Below are positions 1-7,905 of a stretch of DNA of 51,557 nt, piece after piece. The stretch lies in the IMG/VR virus record IMGVR_UViG_3300032225_001565, positions 1-51,557 of that record. The stretch is one strand, 5' to 3'. Numbering within the stretch: the first letter of the stretch is position 1; every line of letters begins with the position of its first letter. A model generated the notes under the pieces. That model was given only the letters and a program-made list of their open reading frames with translations, had not been told where the DNA came from and searched no databases. The stretch is from a virus. Lineage: Duplodnaviria > Caudoviricetes. The position numbers and the translations under genes are program-made.

Positions 1-126
1 CGCCGCCCTGGCATCGACCTCGTCGAGGGGCAGGGCCGCCGCTGAGGTCGGCGCCGCCCTGGCATCGACCTCGTCGAGGGGCAGGGCCGCCGCTGAGGTC
101 GGCACCGCCCTGGCATCGACCTCGTC
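1..126. repeat. 51-bp tandem repeat, about 2.5 copies, truncated by the window edge
   Basis: CGCCGCCCTGGCATCGACCTCGTCGAGGGGCAGGGCCGCCGCTGAGGTCGG at 1-51 and 52-102, with a partial third copy at 103-126. Each unit has internal inverted repeats (GCCCTG..CAGGGC, TCGAC..GTCGA). Confidence 0.95.
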
Positions 127-243
127 CCCGTACATGGCAACCAGCCGCCCCCGACCGTGGCAACCTGAGCCGGCCCCCGATCATGGCAACCCCGACCGTG
201 GAAACCCGAGCCGGCCGAGCCGGCCGCCCCGACCGTGGAAACC
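126..243 (+). repeat. Cluster of five CCCCG-N4-TGG(C/A)AACC motifs
   Basis: Copies start at 126, 149, 175, 190 and 227, all in the same orientation. Confidence 0.9.
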
Positions 244-311
244 GGCAATACCAACTGTCCACCACAAGATATAGGCTCCACGACACGACAAGCCACAAGA
301 TGTGGGATCGC

Positions 312-341
312 TTGACCATTGACGCATTCCGAGCCGATACT
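312..341 (+). promoter_or_regulatory. Putative sigma70-like promoter for the plus-strand ORFan cluster
   Basis: TTGACC-N18-GATACT upstream of the first plus-strand gene, preceded by CCACAAGAT direct repeats (about 263 and 294). Confidence 0.45.
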
Positions 342-427
342 ACCCATGTTCGCGGGCAACGTCGCCGCCCCCGAGTGTGGAAACGATAGGCGACAGTGAG
401 CTACAACCCCTCCGAGGAAACCAGACG

Positions 428-697
428 ATGAACGACCCCTGCACGATCCCGGCTGGAGTGGCCCGCGAACTGGCCCGACGCTTCGCCCGTGGCGCCGATC
501 TTCAGGCGACCCGGCGCCACGTCGTGACGCATCACGGCAAGGCCGAGTGGGCCTGGCTGGCCTCGACCCCTCACGAACGGCATCGCGCCGAGCGGGCGCA
601 GGCCGCGACCTCGCTCCGCGAGGCGCGGGCGCTGTGCGTCGCGAACGGCTACCGGCCGGCGGCGGTGCGGTCGGCCCTGCGGCAGTTCGCGGGCTAG
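428..697 (+). CDS. Hypothetical protein (89 aa)
   Basis: ATG after GAGGA RBS; start trimmed from ORF 377..697. Confidence 0.65.
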   Translation: MNDPCTIPAGVARELARRFARGADLQATRRHVVTHHGKAEWAWLASTPHERHRAERAQAATSLREARALCVANGYRPAAVRSALRQFAG

Positions 698-710
698 ACG
701 GCAGGAAGAT

Positions 711-773
711 ACAACCGGCCGGGGGCACGTTGCCCCCGGCCGGCGGAACGATGACCCCGAGTGAGGAAACGAG
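711..773 (+). repeat. 63-bp intergenic hairpin/RBS element, copy 1
   Basis: Identical to 1201-1263 except two loop bases; contains CCGGCCGGGGGC..GCCCCCGGCCGG stem and CCCCGAGTGAGGAAAC. Confidence 0.95.
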
Positions 774-776
774 ATC

Positions 777-1184
777 ATGGGAAACTGGAACTACACCGCG
801 GCCGAGCGCCGCGAGATCGGCGCCGCCTGGGATGCGGTGGCCTACTTGATGGATGCCTCCGGCCACAGCGAGCCGCACCGGCTTCGCGAGGCGCTGCGGG
901 TCGAGCGGCGGGAGCGGTCGTGCGTCACGGTCGCGAGGGCGCTGATCGTCCGCGGCTTCGCGGATGGGATGGAGAGCGACCCGCCGGCCTCGACGCTCGC
1001 CGGCTACTCCGAGGGCATCGCGGCCGGCGTGATGCTGGGCGCCGTCTACCAGCGGCGGGCGCTGCGATTCCGCAGCGACTCCGTCGCCGGGTCGGTCGCG
1101 GAGAAGCTGCCGGCGCTCCTGGCCGCCGCGACGGCGGCGCACGACGCCTACATCGCCCGCGGGCTGGAGGCGGCACGGGCTTGA
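777..1184 (+). CDS. Hypothetical protein (135 aa)
   Basis: ATG with GAGGA RBS; flanked by the 63-bp direct repeats. Confidence 0.75.
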   Translation: MGNWNYTAAERREIGAAWDAVAYLMDASGHSEPHRLREALRVERRERSCVTVARALIVRGFADGMESDPPASTLAGYSEGIAAGVMLGAVYQRRALRFRSDSVAGSVAEKLPALLAAATAAHDAYIARGLEAARA

Positions 1185-1200
1185 TAGTCGCCAGCAGGCG

Positions 1201-1263
1201 ACAACCGGCCGGGGGCGAGTTGCCCCCGGCCGGCGGAACGATGACCCCGAGTGAGGAAACGAG
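1201..1263 (+). repeat. 63-bp intergenic hairpin/RBS element, copy 2
   Basis: Direct repeat of 711-773, offset by 490 bp. Confidence 0.95.
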
Positions 1264-1265
1264 CC

Positions 1266-1601
1266 ATGAGTGCAGTGTGCGACTTCTACATTGAATGCAG
1301 CGAGCGGGGCATCTTCCCGCTGGAGCGTGACGTGCCGCGGCCGGCGGGCGTGAAGCTGCGAGCATTCACGTCGGTGACCCGATTCGGTGATCGGATGCGG
1401 GTGACCGGCATCGGCCTCGCGGACGCGATCCGCTGGTGGAACGCTCATCACGACCGCCAAGTGCCGGCCCCGGCGGGCCTGCGGGAGTTTCTGGAGGACT
1501 TCGCCGGCTGCCTCCGGTGCGACGATTGCGGGCAGGTCGGCCTGGCCCACTATTTCATGCGGACGAGCCACGACGAGACGTTTTGCATGGATTGCGAGTA
1601 G
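1266..1601 (+). CDS. Hypothetical protein with C-terminal CxxC..CxxC Zn finger
   Basis: ATG at 1266 after the repeat RBS; CDDC...CMDC. Confidence 0.7.
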   Translation: MSAVCDFYIECSERGIFPLERDVPRPAGVKLRAFTSVTRFGDRMRVTGIGLADAIRWWNAHHDRQVPAPAGLREFLEDFAGCLRCDDCGQVGLAHYFMRTSHDETFCMDCE

Positions 1602-1685
1602 GCCGCCCCGGCTCGTTGCCGCGGCGGTTCGATGATGGGATGATTTCACACAACCCCCGGATGGGGGAACGAGAGGAGAGGGACG

Positions 1686-1922
1686 ATGCGACTTTTCGAC
1701 AATGATGCGACGGCCAGCCTGACCGACCGCGAGCGTGCGCTGCTGGAGATGCTGGGGCGGTGCGAGCATTATCTGGCTGCCCTGGCCGGCTCCCGGTTCA
1801 TCACCGGCGATGACCCGGCGTCGGCCGACATGCGCCAGCGGGCCGCCGGCCTTCAGCGAGCCGCCTTCAACCTGATCGACAGTGACGACGCCACGCGGCG
1901 CGCCATGTACGCCGAAGGCTGA
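1686..1922 (+). CDS. Hypothetical protein (78 aa)
   Basis: Strong GAGGAG RBS, ATG. Confidence 0.7.
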   Translation: MRLFDNDATASLTDRERALLEMLGRCEHYLAALAGSRFITGDDPASADMRQRAAGLQRAAFNLIDSDDATRRAMYAEG

Positions 1923-2034
1923 TAGCCGACCCGCCCGCAACCCCCGGCCGGCGAAACGCTGACGGGGGCGACGGGCGGGCCGACGTGGCCCCGAGCGTGG
2001 AAACCATAACCCTAGAGACGAGGAGAGAGCGACG

Positions 2035-2301
2035 ATGCGACGAATCAGTATTTCGATCTGCCCGACCGCGCTGGAGTTTGCCAGCGGCGATATGTACGAC
2101 GGCGACAAAGTGCTGGACGCGATTCGCGAGTTCGCGGCCGAGCACTTCCCCGATGGGGCTGCGTTCTCGACGCTCCAGATCGGCCACCGTCAGGGAGATG
2201 CCTGGGCGAAGGTCGATGGCTCACTCGAGGACGGGGGGGATTTCATGGAAGCCTTCTGGAGGGGCAGAGCTGCCGACGCGAGCCTGTTCGTCAACCCCTG
2301 A
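2035..2301 (+). CDS. Hypothetical protein (88 aa, acidic)
   Basis: GAGGAG RBS, ATG, protein-like composition. Confidence 0.7.
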   Translation: MRRISISICPTALEFASGDMYDGDKVLDAIREFAAEHFPDGAAFSTLQIGHRQGDAWAKVDGSLEDGGDFMEAFWRGRAADASLFVNP

Positions 2302-2357
2302 CCGTGGCAACCAGTGTTCGATAACCCTGCCGCCACGAGCGGCGAAACCGGAGAAAA

Positions 2358-2753
2358 GTGATGGACGATGCCGCCGCCGCCGCAGAGGAAATGATCCGTC
2401 GCCTATGGGCGGCGGCCAGCCTCGCGATCACGAACGAGAGACTGACCCGGCAGGATCGGTTCGGCTACGAGGCCGATATGCGATTGCTGCCGCTGCATCG
2501 GAAGCTCGTCGGCCTGGGCTGGATCGTGGAAACCTCGACGCACGGCAGCGTCTACTACGCGAGGGGCGGCGAGCGGCTGCGGTTGTCGAATCACGAGGTG
2601 CCGTTGACGGCCGAGCGGCAGGATGCCGCCGACAACGGCAGATGGTCGTGGCACTCGAATGGCTGGCAGATCATCACCGAGCGGCAGACGGTCGAGCAGT
2701 GCCTGGCAGAGATCGATGAGATGGAGGAAGCGATTGCCGATTCGGCGGCGTAG
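2358..2753 (+). CDS. Hypothetical protein (131 aa)
   Basis: GGAG RBS; S-x-Y-Y...LRLSNH motif resembles small phage proteins. Confidence 0.7.
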   Translation: MMDDAAAAAEEMIRRLWAAASLAITNERLTRQDRFGYEADMRLLPLHRKLVGLGWIVETSTHGSVYYARGGERLRLSNHEVPLTAERQDAADNGRWSWHSNGWQIITERQTVEQCLAEIDEMEEAIADSAA

Positions 2754-2810
2754 CCGGATCGTGGAAACGAGAACCCTGCCGCACCGTGCGGCGAAACGAG
2801 GAGAGATGCG

Positions 2811-3212
2811 ATGATCTACTGGATTCTCACCGATATCGGCGGCAAACACGCCCGCCGGCACGATGGCAACTGGGAGCCGCTCGACCGGCGGCGGCCGACA
2901 AGCGACGAGGTGGAGCGGTTCCACCGGGCCGCCGATGCCGCGGCGAAAGCAAAGAAGCTCAAGGCCAAGGACTGCCACTGCAAGCCGCTGCGGCAGGAGG
3001 GCATCGTCTACTACTGGCGGCTCCCGGCGGCGTTGGAGACGGTCGGCAACACGGCTGCCGGCAAGGCGGTCATGCGATGGGCGGCCGGGAGCGAAACCGA
3101 CCTGGCCGAGGTCATCGAGTTTCGGTCGGCACGGCAGGCGGCGTCCTGGAAGAAGCGGGCGCTGGCCGAGGGCTGCGAGGTGATCGAGTGCCGGGGGAGG
3201 GCGAGGAAATGA
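2811..3212 (+). CDS. Hypothetical protein (133 aa)
   Basis: GAGGAG RBS, ATG. Confidence 0.65.
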   Translation: MIYWILTDIGGKHARRHDGNWEPLDRRRPTSDEVERFHRAADAAAKAKKLKAKDCHCKPLRQEGIVYYWRLPAALETVGNTAAGKAVMRWAAGSETDLAEVIEFRSARQAASWKKRALAEGCEVIECRGRARK

Positions 3213-3409
3213 TCCACGAGATTGAATCCCTGGCCTCCGGCGAGTGCCGGTGGATCGGCCGGCAAGACGTTCACGTCTACTGCCGCGCCCCGCTCCACTG
3301 CGAGCCGAGCTACTGCGTGGTCTGCCCCGAGGCGGGCCTCAAGTACGGCGCCTGGGTCGATGCCTCCCGTGCGGCGAAACTGGTCGAGGAGATTCTCAAG
3401 GTTGGCTAG
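3209..3409 (+). CDS. Hypothetical Cys-rich protein (66 aa)
   Basis: ATGA overlap with the upstream stop; GAGGA RBS. Confidence 0.6.
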   Translation: MIHEIESLASGECRWIGRQDVHVYCRAPLHCEPSYCVVCPEAGLKYGAWVDASRAAKLVEEILKVG

Positions 3410-3482
3410 GCGACTAGCCGAGACAAGTGTAGGCTACCGAACCGCACAATCCCGTGCGTAGAAACCCAAGGAGGACGATGCG

Positions 3483-3791
3483 ATGCTTGATAGGAAGAGT
3501 CTGCGAGAGGGTGACGAGGTGTGGGTCGTGAACACCGGGTACTACTCCGGCGACGCCTATGCTCACGTCACTGGCGGGACGGTGATCGCGACCGGCGAGG
3601 ACGGCAGTTTCGTCTACCGCACCTTGAATGGGCGGGTGGAGAATGTGCAGGCATGGCTCCACGGCACCGTCGTGGCGACCGAGGCCGAGGCGTGGATGAC
3701 GGCGGCCCGCGACCTGGCGAGCCTCGCGGCCCGCGTGGCCGACAAGGCCGCGGAGTGCCGCGCGAAGGCGTCCGTCGAGGTGGTCGCATGA
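3483..3791 (+). CDS. Hypothetical protein (102 aa, possibly SH3/KOW-like beta fold)
   Basis: AAGGAGG RBS; LREGDEVWVV pattern. Confidence 0.7.
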   Translation: MLDRKSLREGDEVWVVNTGYYSGDAYAHVTGGTVIATGEDGSFVYRTLNGRVENVQAWLHGTVVATEAEAWMTAARDLASLAARVADKAAECRAKASVEVVA

Positions 3792-4036
3792 TCCGCGACG
3801 TTGTCCGCGCCGTGCTCGTGCTGGTCGTGCTGGCCGTGGGCTGCGAAATACTCGCAGTCCACGGTCGGCGGGAGGCGGCTCCCCCTGCGTGGCAACCCAT
3901 CCAGCAGCCCCCTGCGTGGCAACCCATGCAGGCTCCGGTGTGGGCGACTGCGCCCACGCCGGAGCCTGGCCCGATTCGCCGTGTGGCCCGCGAGCTTGTA
4001 GACTTGACGGAAGCCGCCATAGGGGTAATCCGATGA
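3788..4036 (+). CDS. Small membrane protein with PPAWQP repeat
   Basis: ATGA overlap; N-terminal hydrophobic helix; PPAWQP twice. Confidence 0.6.
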   Translation: MIRDVVRAVLVLVVLAVGCEILAVHGRREAAPPAWQPIQQPPAWQPMQAPVWATAPTPEPGPIRRVARELVDLTEAAIGVIR

Positions 4037-4329
4037 AAATCGACACCGACAAGATGCTGACGATCAAGCAGGCCGCCGAGGCGATCGGCGCGCCGAATAA
4101 GAGGCCCGTCTATAGGGCGCTGAAGCGAGCCGCCGAGGCCGGGAAGGTGCTCTCGGTCGCAATCTTCGGAAAGACCCTGGTGCCGCAGGCCAACATCAAG
4201 GCGTTGCAGGAGTACTACTACCCCCACTACTCCGAGCAGCATCAGCGGATGGTCAAGAAGTGGGGCGCCGCCGGGGGCGCCGCCAGCGGCGTCACGAAGA
4301 GGGCTAGGAAGTCTCGTGCGCCGTCTTAG
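4033..4329 (+). CDS. Helix-turn-helix DNA-binding protein (excisionase/HTH_17-like)
   Basis: MLTIKQAAEAIG...VYRAL motif; ATGA overlap. Confidence 0.7.
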   Translation: MKIDTDKMLTIKQAAEAIGAPNKRPVYRALKRAAEAGKVLSVAIFGKTLVPQANIKALQEYYYPHYSEQHQRMVKKWGAAGGAASGVTKRARKSRAPS

Positions 4330-4600
4330 CCGAGTGGCACGACCGGCAGAGCACCTGAAGGCCACTCAGCGGCGTGGCCTCCGCGGACTGATCGACAGGC
4401 TTCCTTTCTCGGTGATCGACGTGGCAGTCGCCTGGGCGGTGCAGAACCAGCCCGCAAGCCTGGCAGGTCGCCGCGTCGCGGGCGATCACGGCCTGCCTGA
4501 CCCTCTGCCATGCAGCCGACCCGTACCCCCGTGCGTGGGAACTAGGGCGCCGGTCAGGAGGCCGGGGGACGCGGCGGAATGTTGGCTGCCTCCACGGCAT
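4304..4600 (-). CDS. HNH endonuclease (terminase-associated gp74 type)
   Basis: W-x-x-VR..RD..CQAC..VDH..LQVLCRSCHSAKT. Confidence 0.9.
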   Translation of the reverse strand: MPWRQPTFRRVPRPPDRRPSSHARGYGSAAWQRVRQAVIARDAATCQACGLVLHRPGDCHVDHRERKPVDQSAEATPLSGLQVLCRSCHSAKTAHETS

Positions 4601-4928
4601 TGTTGTGCCACCCCTCCATGAGAACGCGATGCGACCGCTTGTCGAACCACCACTCGATCACCAACCGCGTGATCAGGTTGACGAGCACCCCGATCAGGAT
4701 CATCGCCATCACGCTGCCGTACTGCTTGCGGACGCGAACCCGCAGGCGGGCGCGGAGCACCTCCTCGATGCGGTCGGGTTGGCAGTCGGTCGGAAAGTCC
4801 TCGACGGCCCACTCCACGATGCGGTCGCGAAACGGGGCGTGGAGCGAGAGCCTTGAGCCGCCCCTACGGGCGACGAACTCTTTGAGCGGCCGGTAGGTCG
4901 CGTCGGTGAACCTTACTTCCCAACCCAT
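4554..4928 (-). CDS. Hypothetical membrane protein
   Basis: One hydrophobic segment (SVMAMILIGVLVNLI); operon position. Confidence 0.6.
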   Translation of the reverse strand: MGWEVRFTDATYRPLKEFVARRGGSRLSLHAPFRDRIVEWAVEDFPTDCQPDRIEEVLRARLRVRVRKQYGSVMAMILIGVLVNLITRLVIEWWFDKRSHRVLMEGWHNNAVEAANIPPRPPAS

Positions 4929-5203
4929 GAAGCGCTCTTGGGGTTGCATTGCGGGCAGGGAACCTTGATCGTGCCGTCGCCGACCCAACCGCCGCCTGGC
5001 GGAACTTTGGTGCCGCAGTTGGAGCAGGTGCCGGTGGGGGCCGGCGCCGGGCTGCTTCGCGATAGCATCGCGTAGCTGCCCGACACTGCAATCAGCGGCT
5101 GAAGCTCAGTCGGCGTGGCCGGCACCCGCACGCACCCGATCGGAAGCGCCATCGCGAGCATGACCGACACCGCACCGAGCGAATCAAGGATCGCGTATTT
5201 CAT
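4913..5203 (-). CDS. Exported, possibly lipoprotein, with CxxC..CxxC Zn-ribbon
   Basis: Signal-like N-terminus ending IGC; CSNC...GDG...CPQC. Confidence 0.6.
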   Translation of the reverse strand: MKYAILDSLGAVSVMLAMALPIGCVRVPATPTELQPLIAVSGSYAMLSRSSPAPAPTGTCSNCGTKVPPGGGWVGDGTIKVPCPQCNPKSASWVGK

Positions 5204-6202
5204 TTAGACATTCCCCGTGGCGCCGAACGTCGTGTGCTTGCGCCGCGGCCATCCCGCGACGCTCGAGAGAGCGATGCACTGACACTTGTCGATGGTCGAT
5301 GCCAGCGCCCAGTAGGAGCCGGGCGGGATGTCGATGGCCGTGCCGATGATGCGGCGGCTTCCTGAGTTCCACGATCCCCAAGAGTTCGTCCATAAGACGA
5401 GCGGTTGGCCGTATTTCTTGATCGTGATCTCGCGGTCGTCGAATCCGCTAAACATTTGAGCGTGATGCCAAATGCCGACCTGCCGACTGACGCCGTCCTC
5501 GTTGCGGGTTCGCTCGAACGCCAACGACGAGCAGTTGAAAAGGCAGTACCCGGCCGCGAGGAAGTCGCGCACCTGATCGCGGGTGTTCGCGAACGTGGCC
5601 GTGCGGGCGACGTACTTGCTGCTCTCCTCGAGCCACTTGTCCGACGGCGGCCGAGCACCGCCCAGGCGGATCGTCTCGTTCGTGTACTTCGTGAGGTCGA
5701 TGCCAAGTTCGGGGTAGGGCTTGCGAACCAGCACACCCTTCTCGGTCACAGCCTTGGCCGCCGCCGAGCAGAACCAGCCGTCCGACGCCTTTCCTCGCCA
5801 CGCAAAGATGCTCTCGCGCGCCACCACGCCCTGCCGCACGCCAAGCTCTGGAATGTCGGGCGGCCCCTCGACGACGCCCGTCACCTCGTCGGGCCGGGCA
5901 TCAACGATTTCCTGGGCCAGGCTGCCGAGGTAGGCATTCGCAGCCGCCGCTGAGACGCAGTCCCCCCAGAGTTGAGCCGGGCCTGGCAGGGCGCCGGGAA
6001 AGACCGTGTCGATGGCTGGGAAGATGAGCGAGAGTTTCCCGGCCCCGGCCCCGGCAAACTCCCACTGGTGCGCCACGCTGCCGCCGTCGGGGTCGCCGCC
6101 GTGGCGGATGATCGAATCGGCGAACTCCTCGTCGGCGCGAGGGTTGGCCGAGCAGCCGATGAACCCGCTCGAGTATGCCTGGAGCGGGTCGAAGTCAGCC
6201 AT
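5204..6202 (-). CDS. Papain-like (C1-type) cysteine peptidase, candidate endolysin
   Basis: Q-x-x-GDC (oxyanion Gln and catalytic Cys), HHAQ (His), NSWG-x-W (Asn) in canonical order. Confidence 0.8.
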   Translation of the reverse strand: MADFDPLQAYSSGFIGCSANPRADEEFADSIIRHGGDPDGGSVAHQWEFAGAGAGKLSLIFPAIDTVFPGALPGPAQLWGDCVSAAAANAYLGSLAQEIVDARPDEVTGVVEGPPDIPELGVRQGVVARESIFAWRGKASDGWFCSAAAKAVTEKGVLVRKPYPELGIDLTKYTNETIRLGGARPPSDKWLEESSKYVARTATFANTRDQVRDFLAAGYCLFNCSSLAFERTRNEDGVSRQVGIWHHAQMFSGFDDREITIKKYGQPLVLWTNSWGSWNSGSRRIIGTAIDIPPGSYWALASTIDKCQCIALSSVAGWPRRKHTTFGATGNV

Positions 6203-6683
6203 CGTTGCCCACCTTCAAGACGTAGGCGAGCACCGAGCAGGCTGCGGTGAGCTTCGTGCGGTCGTCGGCCGACAAGGCCCGCTGGTCGGCCCCGAGGGCG
6301 TTGACGAACGTCTGATCGATGGCCTCGCCCAGGCCGGGATACCTGCCCACGGCTTCCTTGTCGATCGCCGCCTGGAGGCTGCCGACGTGAAACGTCACGA
6401 AGTCGCCCGTGGTCTTCACGATCGGCGCCGTCCTCTTCGAGTCCCGAATCAGCACGAACGAGAGCGCGTCGTAGAAGTTCGACAGGTACTCGCGATCCTT
6501 GGCTAGCATCTTGGGCAGGGTCGCCCGCATCGGCTCGGCCCACGCGAGGATCACGCCGTCTGGCTTCGGGATCACGGTGGACGTGCCGCCGCCGGCTGGG
6601 GGCCACTCGATCTTCAAGGCCGACCCTTTCCATGCAAACACGAGCAGGACGACGGCCACGACAACTCTCCACTTCATGCTCAT
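6195..6683 (-). CDS. Signal-anchored hypothetical protein
   Basis: KWRVVVAVVLLVFAW N-terminal TM/signal segment. Confidence 0.75.
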   Translation of the reverse strand: MSMKWRVVVAVVLLVFAWKGSALKIEWPPAGGGTSTVIPKPDGVILAWAEPMRATLPKMLAKDREYLSNFYDALSFVLIRDSKRTAPIVKTTGDFVTFHVGSLQAAIDKEAVGRYPGLGEAIDQTFVNALGADQRALSADDRTKLTAACSVLAYVLKVGNDG

Positions 6684-6919
6684 AGGTCGCTCCCGTCCAC
6701 CAGGGCCAGGGTCAACACGTCGATGGCCTTCTTCTGGTCATCGCCCAGCGTCTTCGTGGCTGCCAATCGGCTGCGCACGTCGGCCAGCCGCAGGATGGCC
6801 TGCTCGTAAGTCGGAGTCCGCGACCGGCCGGGGGCGAACAGCGAGAGGATGCCGGGGAGGGCCGGCAGAAGCAGTAGAGCGACGCCGCACAGCGCGGCGA
6901 GAAACTGGAGCACTGTCAT
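6680..6919 (-). CDS. Small membrane protein (holin-like candidate)
   Basis: N-terminal TM; TGATG overlap with the upstream gene. Confidence 0.65.
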   Translation of the reverse strand: MTVLQFLAALCGVALLLLPALPGILSLFAPGRSRTPTYEQAILRLADVRSRLAATKTLGDDQKKAIDVLTLALVDGSDL

Positions 6920-7209
6920 CACGCCGCGCCCCCGATCTTGCCCACGACCCAGTCGAACATGGCCTGCCCTTCCTTGGTCTTGAGGACGGCCTCGACGTGG
7001 GCGAGAGCCTGATCGTCGATATCGGTCGTGCTCTTGCCGGCGGCCCACTGGAGGGCCGACACGACGGCCAGCGCCTGGTCGTGCGGTTCCTTCGCCAGGG
7101 CGATCATCTGGAGGCGGTTCAGCAGCGGCGCCCACTCGGCGAGCAGCTTCAACTTCGAGATCAAATCCAGCCCGGCCCCGAACTCCTGCTCGTCAAACGC
7201 GGCGGTCAT
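6919..7209 (-). CDS. Hypothetical protein (96 aa)
   Basis: AAGGAG RBS, helical protein. Confidence 0.75.
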   Translation of the reverse strand: MTAAFDEQEFGAGLDLISKLKLLAEWAPLLNRLQMIALAKEPHDQALAVVSALQWAAGKSTTDIDDQALAHVEAVLKTKEGQAMFDWVVGKIGGAA

Positions 7210-7396
7210 CCTTTGACTCCTTATTCCGGTTCAGAAACGCGACATACTGCGGCGAGAGCGTCCTGCTCTGGCCCGTGAGTTTGCCCCAGTGACTCGGCGG
7301 CGGCTCCTGCACCCGGCTCATCAACGGCGGCGAATCGTCGCCAGCGCGACGGTTGGAAAACTCCTGCTCGTCGATGTGTCCGTCACGAATCGCCAT
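7193..7396 (-). CDS. Hypothetical protein (67 aa)
   Basis: Fills the operon and overlaps its neighbours. Confidence 0.5.
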   Translation of the reverse strand: MAIRDGHIDEQEFSNRRAGDDSPPLMSRVQEPPPSHWGKLTGQSRTLSPQYVAFLNRNKESKDDRRV

Positions 7397-7619
7397 CGCC
7401 GTGTACCGCTTGCTGCATCAAGTCAAACGCATCGTGAAATGCGGCCTCGGCCAACTCCTTGGCCTCCGTCTTGCTGATCGGCCGCTCGAACCTCCACACC
7501 TCATCCTCGACGATTGTCTCGCCACGCTTAATGACGAGTTTCGCCTCCCTGGACGCGACGATCAGGCGCACTTCGGCTAGCATGATTCTCGCGTCCTGCC
7601 GACTAACCAAGTCTACCAC
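7383..7619 (-). CDS. Hypothetical protein
   Basis: Protein-like composition; start uncertain. Confidence 0.6.
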   Translation of the reverse strand: MVDLVSRQDARIMLAEVRLIVASREAKLVIKRGETIVEDEVWRFERPISKTEAKELAEAAFHDAFDLMQQAVHGDGDS

Positions 7620-7905
7620 GCCACGACATACGGCGGGCCTCTAACTCGGCAGTCGTCCAGCCGGCCCTGATCTCGGCCGCCGCCAGCCTGATCTGCTCCG
7701 GCGACGGCATATACACGTCGAACTCAGGCCGCTCGCCCAGGCCCAGCGACGTAGCGAACTCGAGCAGGGCCGCCTCGCCCATGCCCATCTCGTCGCATAT
7801 CTCGTCCAGCGTCAGTTCGCCCTTCCAAAGGTGGCGAAGCCGGCGCTTCTCGTTGGCACGCGCCCTATTGGCTTCGATCTCCTCTGGGCGCTTCCTAGCC
7901 GTCAT
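7603..7905 (-). CDS. HTH-like protein, related to 10191..10541
   Basis: LW....T..EIC..MG and PSPEQI...AA.IR..WT..E...RR pattern shared with 10191..10541. Confidence 0.65.
   Translation of the reverse strand: MTARKRPEEIEANRARANEKRRLRHLWKGELTLDEICDEMGMGEAALLEFATSLGLGERPEFDVYMPSPEQIRLAAAEIRAGWTTAELEARRMSWRGRLG

Noticed and set aside
1-243. CRISPR array
   Set aside because: The repeats are contiguous tandem units or short motifs with irregular spacing, there are no unique ~30-bp spacers and no cas genes.
183-389. 68-aa ORF as a real gene
   Set aside because: It runs through the repeat cluster and promoter, has no RBS and has low-complexity composition.
745-772. Hammerhead ribozyme (GATGA...GAAAC, also at 1235-1262)
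   Set aside because: The core reads ACGAUGA rather than CUGANGA, stem II is weak and no stem III/NUH site is evident.
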